In this document: positions 24,221-33,568 of the stretch, piece after piece
How positions within the stretch are numbered: position 1 is the first letter of the stretch
Layout: every line of letters starts with the position of its first letter
NCBI GenBank assembly: GCA_032718475.1
Contig: JAUCBJ010000735.1
Coordinates: 1 to 64,000 of the forward strand
Length of the DNA stretch: 64,000 bases
Direction: 5' to 3'
DNA from: Nemertoderma westbladi
Taxonomy: Eukaryota > Animalia > Xenacoelomorpha
Notes under the pieces: generated by a model
Told to the model about the DNA's origin: nothing
What the model saw: only the letters and a program-made list of their open reading frames with translations
The model's database searches: none
Program-made: the position numbers and the translations under genes

Positions 24221-25152
24221 CGTCAAATCGACGACCTCAAATCCTCAAAATGGCGAATCTAATTTTATTTATTTCGTAATGATTCAATTTAGTGAAGAAA
24301 CGCAATAGAAATAGTGCAAGATGATCAATTTTAGTATTAATAAAGGATTTAGGACGTCGACCAATAAACAAATGGGTTTCAGTTGAGGTAGTCAACTTTA
24401 GCGCTCGAAAATTAATGAAATCCAATATAATGATTGACTATGTGAGAGAATGGTGTGTGTGTGTGGGGGCGGGGGGATTATACTATGTGGAGTGCTGTAC
24501 GTTGTGGTTATACTGTAGTTTGGTCATTTCATTCGCGTGTTTATTTGGTGTATATAATGCTGTATTAATAATTTGAACTGTAGTTAGTTTGTTTTGTGCA
24601 ATATTCAATATTATCACGAATACATACCGGTACTGTATGGGAATTTATATTTAGGCTACAGAATTTACCGCTACCGGTTAGCAATTCATTGGTTGATAAT
24701 GGCTGCGATCTGCAGTTGAAATATATTTCTGTATTTTGTATTTCATACATACCGGCTGACCGGACCATTTCAGCATTTAGAATTTAATTAATATAAATAT
24801 ACCGGTACTGACATATTTATACCTCCTAATTAAACTTATAATTATTAATTTTAGTGATAAATAAATTTAATACTATTTAACTTACTATAATTCAAATTAC
24901 TATTCGCAATGAACCTAAATAGAATTTAACCTATTTATTAATTGGCCTAATGTGTGCTGTGGACGATTACTATACATAAATAATACCTCCGTATGGAGGC
25001 CGATAAAGTTTGTTTTGTATTACTTTATAGGACTGATAGGACGGGGAACTTTATAATACGGATGAGAGGCCAGTACAGCAGTGGCGTTAAAAGGAAGTAA
25101 TTTCCTGCACTGACACAGATAGACTGATAGACATAACAATATCTTTATTAAC

Positions 25153-25664
25153 CTTCTGGTCCAGTTGGCAGCCTTGGGGTCCTCGTCGGGTGGGTTGGCT
25201 GCGAGTACGTGTGCGAGTAGCTCGGTATCGCTACTCGTCGCCAAACCGATTCCGCGTCGAAGAATCGATCGACGTAAACTCGTCGCGTTTATCAACTCGC
25301 CGTTGTGCGCGATGGCTATGTGGCCGTGCATGGTGTCCACTATGATTGGCTGACAGTTGAGTAACGAGGAGACCCCCGCCGTGGAGTATCTGGTGTGTCC
25401 GATACCGACGTTCCCCTTAACCGCGTCTAACACCTCAGGGGTAAACACCTGGCTGACTAGGCCCATACCTTTTTTCAGTGCGTAGGGTTTGTTGTCGCCC
25501 TTGGAGGTCGCCATTCCCGCCGACTCCTGTCCTCTGTGTTGCAACGCTGTTAGGCCTAAGTTTATTATCTGCGGGATGTTTAATGACGTTGGCCATTTGT
25601 CGACAGCAACGCAACCAAACACCGCGCATTCATCGTTCAGTTTGTCGTCATTCGAATAATCCAT
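25153..25664 (-). CDS. PPAT: Amidophosphoribosyltransferase, coding exon 1 (Ntn glutaminase domain)
   Basis: Propeptide MDYSNDDKLNDE followed by catalytic Cys (CAVFG), LQHRGQESAG, GIGHTRYST, AHNGELIN, SDTE. Donor ACCAGAAG|gttaat (phase 2). Confidence 0.96.
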
Positions 25665-25863
25665 ACCGGTACCGGTATTACAAGTTGAGTTAGTTATAAA
25701 TTAAAGTACGATTATAAGTATAAGGGTAATATAATATTCATTAATTTAAATAATTACGCCTATACTGTATACCTGTATACTGTATCTGTGTATACTGTAT
25801 ACAGCATACAGCTATAGCAGTACAGCAGTACACAGGAGGTATAGCCTACAGGCAGACAGGCCT

Positions 25864-26430
25864 ATGCTGCTGATGTTTAAAGCTCATCTATCCCATCATA
25901 GTATAAGACATGTACCGAACAACAAGAGTCCAGGAGTCCCACAAGAAATGAAAACAAATAAGTTGGTGCCAGTTCCCAAGAAAGGCAACCTAACACTCTA
26001 TGGTTCTTTTCGGGGAATCTCATTGATCTCGATTGCTGCAAAGCTAGACAATAGAATTCTATTAAATCGCATCAGGGATCCCATTGAGCAGTTGAGAGAC
26101 TGCTCCATGGAAATCAGAATGGGTTCCGTAAAGGTCGTGGGACCATGGAGCCAATTTTGGCACTTAGAAGATAATGGATAACAGGCATCTGGCTGTTATC
26201 TTTGTTGACTTCTTCAAGGCCTTTGATTCAGTCTATCGCTCACGTATGTTCAGCATACTTTCATTATATGGGATTCCTGATGAAATTATTGCAGCAATCA
26301 GATCAGTATACGATGGTTCGACAACATTTGTGTCTACTGTTGACGGTGACACAGAACCATTTGAAGTGTTATGGGGCGTCCTCCAGGGAGACACACTTGC
26401 ACCATTCTTGTTCATAATTGTAGTTGACTA
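25864..26430 (+). pseudogene. RTE-like LINE reverse transcriptase, left part (split by BEL element)
   Basis: VPVPKKGNL...FRGISLISIAAK..NRILLNRI, FVDFFKAFDSV, GVLQGDTLAPFLFIIVVDY; continues at 45035. Confidence 0.9.
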
Positions 26431-27606
26431 TGTTCGCGCTTTCAGACCTTTAGCAGTTTAACCTGCCAAATTAGGATGTCTTCTAGATAATAGATAGTCT
26501 TTAGCCTACGACAAATATTTGATACACTACATTAGCCGAAACCAGTCTATGCGCGATCATTCACCCGCTGGATATACCCGGGAGACTGGATTCGGAAGCC
26601 TAACCGTATTGCGGGATAGGTCTACTGTATTATTCGACTGATCTTAATATATATAATCTCTGACAATATTATTCACTTTCGGGAAATATTAACAGTTCCT
26701 TTAGGACGTGGCGCTTTAAATATATAAACAGAGTTATGACTTAAACTAGACACAACGGGATGGCTATAGATTCACGTATATGGCGCATTCTTTAGGAGAT
26801 GCTTCGTTATCAATCACAGTCATACACAATACTGCACAATGCTGCACACTAATCTGCCGACCTTCACTAATTTTAGTCACATATAAGGAGAACAACAGAC
26901 AATACGTGTAGGGCCTATAAAATAGCATTAGATTCACTTCAAACCACTTAATGTAAGTCGCAATCGTTTGTATGTATCCGGTCTCTCTAACCTTTAGTAT
27001 ATCAAGAAGATTGGGGTGTCTGATTGTTTATCAGTATTCCAAATATAATATTTCATCAACAAATATAATGAATAACCGACAGCAAAAGCAGTAAAGTTAA
27101 GGTATAAATGATTATGAGTGACTGAGTGAGATATGATCAGTTATGATTAGTTGAGTGAGTGAGATAACGGATATACGCTCTATAATTAAGCCTACTAATG
27201 TTGATGCTAAAGACTGAAACACGGAGGTTCCACGCTGGTGTTGTAGGCTGTGGAAAAATCACATACTGACTCACTTCCCTAGTTTCTATCTACCATCTCT
27301 AACACAGAGGCAAAAAACGCTCTGATTGGTCAACCGAACAAAGAGAGAACAAAGAACAAAGAGATGTTCTACGTGGCAATATCAGCTGTTAGCCGTGGTC
27401 ATGGTAGCGACACTGTTTCAAGAGGATCCGGCGTATTGCATCATAGAATTGCTAATCATGTCCGCTAAAGTACACATACAGAAGAAATGGGTTTTATGTC
27501 CTCTAAAACAACAATAGAGTAAGGACACGGCCTTTTATGCCTGTTAAACCAACTACAGAGTACTTTACGGGGAAAATAACCAGCTAATTACGCAAAAGCC
27601 TTTACA
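26431..27606 (-). repeat. BEL1 3' LTR
   Basis: Near-identical to 43855-45029. Confidence 0.97.
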
Positions 27607-27632
27607 CCGCTCCCAGAAAATGGGATTTAAGT

Positions 27633-28889
27633 CTATAAAATATAACAAATCACAGTTTCTAAAATATAAAAATACTCTAAACAGTTGTCTTTCTTACGTG
27701 GACGGCGTTTACGCAGTTTTTTGAGGCTAGCAAGAGTCCTTTTCTCTTTGGGGCGAGCCACTTTACTAGGAGGGCTGTAACTCCTGGGTGAAGGGTGCAA
27801 TACAATTGCATCAGAAGGTTTAGGATTACGATCGGTGTATCCGCCGGTTGAGGTACCTGGTTGATCGATATCAACTTCAGTGGAGCGAGGTCTAACGGCC
27901 TTTAGGGCGCGTCTTAGGACAGCAGCTCCTACGGGTCCTTGACGGGTCATCTGGACAACGGCGGTAGGCGGACCGTGAGTGGTGAGAAACTTCCTTGGTT
28001 TAATGGTTCTTTCCAGCTCGCGTTCTCGGGCTCGATATTCGTAGGGCCGTCGAGATACTTCCTGTAACTCAGGGTGCGAGTTGATAAATAAATCGCCATA
28101 CTCAGGGTCTTGACGGATGTAATTGATCAAATGGTATGAAGTAATATCGTTAGGATTGACGTTCCTAAGGTATTTTCGAACAAATTTGGTGGAAATACAC
28201 TCACCAACACGCTTCATTAGTTCGTAACTCGGTGTGCGTCTTTTTTGTTCCACAGACGCGAATAAATAAGGATGGAACGCGTAAACTCCCTCGTAAGAGC
28301 GTCCAGGGTAGTAGCGATGGCGGGACTCACAATGTAAATCCGCGTTCGCTTCCCAAGCTTGGATGTAGCGCAGGGTAATCATCTTATCTACGCTCTCTAA
28401 ATCACGATTAAAGGGGCAATTATAACTGGCATGTCCTTTAAGTTGACAGTGGTGGCATTGAGTCATAAATTGGGGGCAGACTGCAAAAATATGAGAGTTA
28501 TTAAGTCTGCAATACGCACAATATATCTCCATCATCGGTTGTTCGTGGAAATAGGAGCAGGGTACGTCTGAGTCCATGGGGGTGAAATGGTCTCTCGATG
28601 CGCATAATTGACAACGTTTTCGAGAAACATAGTTAGCGTGTCGATAATCGTATGCGGTGAGACATTGTGGACCTTGATACCACTCTAAGACGTAGTCGTT
28701 ATCGCTGCTCCGGGGCGCTGTAGGCTGGATCGCTTCAGATTCTAAGCATATTGGTTCGTCTTCAATTGCATAACTGAGGTAGGTGCGACTGTCTCCGCAA
28801 GCGGACCCACTGTCTGAACTTCCATGACAGAATAACCTGTGGGTATTCGGGGTCTTTGTATAACAGATGAATGTAAGTTCTGTATACAA
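27633..28889 (-). CDS. BEL1 accessory ORF B, C-terminal part: Cys/His zinc knuckles and basic tail (frameshifted from 28742-30205)
   Basis: CQLCASRDH, CAYCRLNNSHIFAVC, CHHCQLKGHASYNC and WEANADLH align by eye with the C-half of the single 1077-aa ORF in BEL2. Confidence 0.8.
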   Translation of the reverse strand: MYTELTFICYTKTPNTHRLFCHGSSDSGSACGDSRTYLSYAIEDEPICLESEAIQPTAPRSSDNDYVLEWYQGPQCLTAYDYRHANYVSRKRCQLCASRDHFTPMDSDVPCSYFHEQPMMEIYCAYCRLNNSHIFAVCPQFMTQCHHCQLKGHASYNCPFNRDLESVDKMITLRYIQAWEANADLHCESRHRYYPGRSYEGVYAFHPYLFASVEQKRRTPSYELMKRVGECISTKFVRKYLRNVNPNDITSYHLINYIRQDPEYGDLFINSHPELQEVSRRPYEYRARERELERTIKPRKFLTTHGPPTAVVQMTRQGPVGAAVLRRALKAVRPRSTEVDIDQPGTSTGGYTDRNPKPSDAIVLHPSPRSYSPPSKVARPKEKRTLASLKKLRKRRPRKKDNCLEYFYILETVICYIL

Positions 28890-30205
28890 ACGTCCTGAAA
28901 GAGAGCAAATCCCGCGCTGTTTAGCTTCTCTGCAGCTGAGTCTCTTAGGCTGAGTTTGGTCAGAGCGCGGTCCTTGAACTGACTATCAACGTTACGGAAC
29001 GGAGTCAGAAAGCGCCTGAAACATTCGAAGCGGATGAATTTATTGTGTTCATCTAACTTGGCGAGTTTGGTTCCAAGTATTAATGGATGGGCGCGTATGG
29101 TATGACTGCACACATCGGCTAGCCAACCGGCAAGTGCTGCGTTTTCAAATATCGTGTATATAGCTAAGGAGGGACGAAGTGGAACACTCATAAAGCTATA
29201 CACGGCGCCAGGCGCGGTCAATGGTCCATCAAAGTATAAACGAGAATAATGATCTCCATATACTTGTTGGTAATTTATAGGATTTCCAACCTTGAAATTC
29301 CATCCGTATTCTTGAAAGGCAAGATGTCCGATGGAGGTTCGTTGTACTTTAGTAATGCCGCTGGGTGTATTGGCATACATAGTGCGGAAGAAACCTCGGC
29401 CTTCTGCCCAGGGAGCAATCAGCTGAGTATCAACGAAAGGGTATGGAATGTTCTCCATATTCCGAAAGTCGTTTTGTAGATCTCCATAAACAGCTGAGCC
29501 GATTTTAAGGATTCTTTCGTTAAACAACATCTCGAGCACGGGTTGGGGTAACATCGATCCATCGATACCCATGGCCGGTTTGCGCTCGGTGTCGGTGACG
29601 TAACGCTGCGCGAGTTCGAATTGTCCATGTCGGAGTTTCTTTTGGGTCTCAGTAAGAGTTTCAAAAGAATAATCAATCACATCGGAACACGCTCGAGTAA
29701 ATACGTGGGTAGAACCAGCGAGTCCTCGTATGTGTATCATCCGCGTAGTTCCCAGTTCTCCAACCGGAACGCTACCTTTGTTGTCGTAGGTGACAACTCC
29801 ATACATCTCGATAACGTTAAGAGTCTCATTCCACTCTTTAGTGGCGTTTTCGAGAGTCATTCCCACAGGATGCCACAAGGTAGCGCATTCGCTAGCATTA
29901 GGTAGGTCTCTATACTTTAAATATTGTGTGGTATATGTTTCCACATCTCCATATCGTTGTATTCTTTCCTCCTCGAATAACACGTCAAGATTCCAGTGTA
30001 CTAAACGAGTTTTGATGAATCCATCAAGATTATACGGAGGTATTGTTTCTTTCTCTATTCTGGAAACATTGTATGGTTTTCGAAATGAGTTTATTTTAAC
30101 CAACTGATCCAGATGTTTATGCAGTTGTTCGAGTTCGACAAGATCGAGAGGATTTATGAGTGGCAAAAACCTCAGACTATGTGTAGGATCTTCTGGTTTT
30201 ACCAT
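28742..30205 (-). CDS. BEL1 accessory ORF B, N-terminal part: DEDDy (WRN/EXD/Mut-7-like) 3'-5' exonuclease-like domain
   Basis: VVTYDNKG (ExoI, E replaced by K), LPQPVLEMLFNERILKIGSAVYGDL..DF (ExoII), FVDTQLIA, SIGHLA, IYTIFEN (ExoIII-like). Confidence 0.72.
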   Translation of the reverse strand: MVKPEDPTHSLRFLPLINPLDLVELEQLHKHLDQLVKINSFRKPYNVSRIEKETIPPYNLDGFIKTRLVHWNLDVLFEEERIQRYGDVETYTTQYLKYRDLPNASECATLWHPVGMTLENATKEWNETLNVIEMYGVVTYDNKGSVPVGELGTTRMIHIRGLAGSTHVFTRACSDVIDYSFETLTETQKKLRHGQFELAQRYVTDTERKPAMGIDGSMLPQPVLEMLFNERILKIGSAVYGDLQNDFRNMENIPYPFVDTQLIAPWAEGRGFFRTMYANTPSGITKVQRTSIGHLAFQEYGWNFKVGNPINYQQVYGDHYSRLYFDGPLTAPGAVYSFMSVPLRPSLAIYTIFENAALAGWLADVCSHTIRAHPLILGTKLAKLDEHNKFIRFECFRRFLTPFRNVDSQFKDRALTKLSLRDSAAEKLNSAGFALFQDVCIQNLHSSVIQRPRIPTGYSVMEVQTVGPLAETVAPTSVMQLKTNQYA

Positions 30206-30226
30206 GTAATATTGTGTTAGGTTAAC

Positions 30227-31936
30227 TTAATAAGGGTGATCTTTGATCCCATAAAACGAGTCCAGTAAAGGTCTAGCGCGTATGTTTACATCGTGTACCA
30301 TGCGACGGACAAGATCCACTCTATTGTCCGGAGGTTCAACGAGTATACCATCGACACGAGCGGCTTCGATGGGCGGACGCTGTAACATGGGAGCGTCAGC
30401 GATAAGCTCTCTAGATCTTAGGTTGATATCAACCGGTTGGGGTTGTATCGTCGCAAAGAGTTTGTCTCCGAAATGGGGGACCATCGAGGGATGAAGGATG
30501 GTTTTAGAGTAGAGATCCGTCATAAGGATTTGAGCTTCGGGTTGAGCTAAAGCTGCTTCTTCTCTCTCATCTAGTTCTATATGTCTCTCCTCGAGCTGAT
30601 TTTCCTCCGCTTGTTGTTGTAGACGCTCATCTAGGAACTCTTGTAAAGAGTAGGTTCGTCCACGTTCGATGTCCTCTTCGAGATTTTGTATTTCTCTATC
30701 GAACTGAGGTAAAGCTAATTCCTTCACCGCTTGGACTTGTTGTTGCAATTTACGTTTCTCCAAACAATCGTAAGTTCCTTTTCCGATTTTCTGCCGAATA
30801 GCATCTAACGCGTTTCGTACGACGCTCTCTTCGACTTCCGTAACGGGTTGTATCGAGGTGAAGCCGGGACGGTTGTGTGGGTTAAACGGCGATATTAGAT
30901 GACCGCGTCCCAATCCAGCTAGGTAGGGTTGGCGAATATCTAGTGAGCCTACTACCGGAGTACCACCGATCAACTGTTCGGGTAACACTAGATCTTTGAA
31001 CAGTGAGTACAGTTTGGGAGGATCCGTGATACTATTAGGATCAAGAGTCTGAGGTCTAACCGAGGAATGAGGAGGTCTGACCGAGTATTCCGGAACTCTG
31101 ATCATTGGTATGTTCAAGGATCGTTTGAGTCGAGCGACCGTAGGGGATACTTCGAACAGGTTTCGCTCAAAACTCCCATAAGTATATCGTGTAAAACTGT
31201 GTTTAGCGCAACGTCTCCGCGGATGTTTATGTCTTTCCGTTTGCTGATTGGGTCTAGGACATTCGTCGCAGTAGTACCAAAGACGCACGTCCTGCAAGGG
31301 AAACGCGGGTGATCGTTCTCCAGTTTTACAATATTCCTCCATCTGTTCGAAGCTATCTGGGACGACAGGTAGCGGTCGATCGGCGGTAAGATACATCATA
31401 GTGAAATAGAGTCGTTTGAGTTCTATCATAGGATCATGATGTATACCTTGGGGATATCGAGTTTCGAGATTTTGTTGACTGGCAATATTGAGATATGTCT
31501 CTCTCAGGAATTCCAGATAATCGTTGAAGTCGCTGCGTTTATCCGGCTCTTCAACGTCTTCCCTTTCGAGTTTGTTTCGAATAGAGTTCTCGTGTTCTAT
31601 TCTCGGTTTATCGTTCCGACTCCGCTGGGTATGATATTTAAATAAAACCATTTCCCTTTCGGTGTCTACATCGTCCGTATCGTGTAAATCGATAGGATGG
31701 CCAGTAGTTAAGAAGTCCATATACGTACCATTACGATGCGTATAGCGAGCGGTGAACTTTCTATAATCCAATTCACGCGTAAGTTGCTCCTGGGACATTG
31801 GCGGTTCGATATAACGACCATCATCTTCCGTAGTAGTTGGACCAGCGTCGCCGCGTATCAAGCTATCGACAAACGCTTGTAAAGGTAGAGTATATCGCTC
31901 CCTGATGCCAAGATCATCTTCTATCAACTCAGTCAT
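30227..31936 (-). CDS. BEL1 accessory ORF A, unknown protein with a CxxC...CxxH motif and acidic coiled coil
   Basis: Intact 569-aa ORF. DPMIELKRLYFTMMYLTADRPLP...YYCDEC...RCAKH is homologous to BEL2 ORF 55948-56766. Confidence 0.8.
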   Translation of the reverse strand: MTELIEDDLGIRERYTLPLQAFVDSLIRGDAGPTTTEDDGRYIEPPMSQEQLTRELDYRKFTARYTHRNGTYMDFLTTGHPIDLHDTDDVDTEREMVLFKYHTQRSRNDKPRIEHENSIRNKLEREDVEEPDKRSDFNDYLEFLRETYLNIASQQNLETRYPQGIHHDPMIELKRLYFTMMYLTADRPLPVVPDSFEQMEEYCKTGERSPAFPLQDVRLWYYCDECPRPNQQTERHKHPRRRCAKHSFTRYTYGSFERNLFEVSPTVARLKRSLNIPMIRVPEYSVRPPHSSVRPQTLDPNSITDPPKLYSLFKDLVLPEQLIGGTPVVGSLDIRQPYLAGLGRGHLISPFNPHNRPGFTSIQPVTEVEESVVRNALDAIRQKIGKGTYDCLEKRKLQQQVQAVKELALPQFDREIQNLEEDIERGRTYSLQEFLDERLQQQAEENQLEERHIELDEREEAALAQPEAQILMTDLYSKTILHPSMVPHFGDKLFATIQPQPVDINLRSRELIADAPMLQRPPIEAARVDGILVEPPDNRVDLVRRMVHDVNIRARPLLDSFYGIKDHPY

Positions 31937-32754
31937 ATCTGCTATGAGTTTATCAATATTATAATGAGTTTATATATTAGGCTAGCGGGCGTCGCTGCCT
32001 ACCCCTCTTTTGCCCCCGGACAGTGCAAGATCCTCAGCGCCGATGTACCGTCGTCGCTGTGCTTTCGCCAACGATGTAGCTATACAACGACAACGATAAC
32101 CGGCACAAGTCACTCCACTGTCCGTCCCAAAGGCTTAGATGTACTTCAGGTTCTTTCTGGAGAGTTAGGGCTACTTTCACAATTGCGACTCGCTACTGTA
32201 AACACACCTTAGTAGTAACATTCACCTACAAACGCACAAATTCAACACAACTGCCATAAACTACACACATTCGGGCCATTTGTCCATTAGTCAGTACCTT
32301 CCAGAATGTCACTGTATTTATTATGTATCCTTGGATACTAGCAGTGCGCTATTTTTTTTTTTATGCTATTCAATGGGGCAAGCTTTCTATTGTTCTTTTA
32401 ACTCACTTCTAATTCTAGCGTGGTTGTTGCCATGGTGACATTATGGAAAGCTAGCGGTAGAATTAGGGTAATTCTCATGCATACAGATCTGGGATGCTAT
32501 TTAATAGTAATTCTTTAATTGTCAATATCCTCTCTATATATGATTTTATGAATTTTATCGGCTATTGACTATATATTGGAGATTCTCGCACACAAATACA
32601 CTTAATAGAGTGAATCTCCGCTCCCATGATCTATTAATTAATGGAATTTTGGGAATGTTATAAATTGTATAAAATGACAATTTATTAAATTCATTGAAAT
32701 ATATGAATTTAAATTTATTCCCGTAAATTTTATTATTTAATATTAAAATAGACA

Positions 32755-33025
32755 CAATTTTATTCCAGAACGTGTCTGGGGACTGGGATCCTTGATTCTA
32801 GGAATTTTGTCCTTTTAAGAGTATCGGTAAGTGCTACGATATCTTAATCGACTAGAATTTTAAAGGATCTGATATTTGACAGATTTGGTAAATATTAATA
32901 ATTAATATTTAGGATGGGCACCAGTTTATTCCAGAACTTGTCTGGGGACGTTAACCACTGATTCTAGAATTTTGTCTTTCAAGTATATCGGTGGGTGCCA
33001 CGATATCTTAATCGACTAGAATTGC
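32755..33025. repeat. Imperfect ~167-bp direct duplication in the BEL1 pol-accessory spacer
   Basis: tttattccagaac.tgtctggggac...cgatatcttaatcgactagaatt occurs twice. Confidence 0.7.
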
Positions 33026-33568
33026 AGATGGTCAAAGGGTTTAACAGATTTATTTTGCGTTATACGCTACTGTTAAAGGGACATCACGCTACTATATGTA
33101 TTATTTAATATACGGTATGAGAGCAATATCGCACGAAGCAATGTCAGTGTGAAGAGGCAAGTCGTTTCCAAGGTCTACCCAGAGCTTGGTTTAGCCGAGA
33201 CACGAGGATCTGAACTTTGCATTCCTAATACTCTGCCTACCAATAATACTTGAATATAGTAGTGGCTTTATTGTACTTTAATAAGTACGGACATTTCATC
33301 TTACTGTAATTACGTATTCGTAATGTAATACGGGCAGTAAGGAAAGAGAAAAAGAATTATTTCTCGCCGTTACACTAAATATATGATATAAGTAATTACG
33401 TAATAATCGCGAACATATTGCACTAATCTACTAAATAATCGCTAAAATAACATGCTACTAAATAAAATTAAATAAAACGATTATAATAAAATTACATAAT
33501 AATACATACATAAATATAAAATAATAAGAATATAAAATAATATGGTCACACACCCACTCCATATGCTA

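Noticed and set aside
25020-25152. C-terminal extension of the 214-aa ORF (LIKILLCLSVYLCQC...)
   Set aside because: It is read-through into intron 1; homology resumes at 24091.
5298-25664. Bacterial purF or horizontal transfer, or separate PPAT pseudogene fragments
   Set aside because: The three pieces join through canonical GT-AG introns in consistent phases into one 503-aa animal-type protein with a propeptide.
27326-27517. Small ORF repeated at 44749-44970
   Set aside because: It is an antisense frame inside the two LTRs, with a non-ATG start and different stops; no coding evidence.
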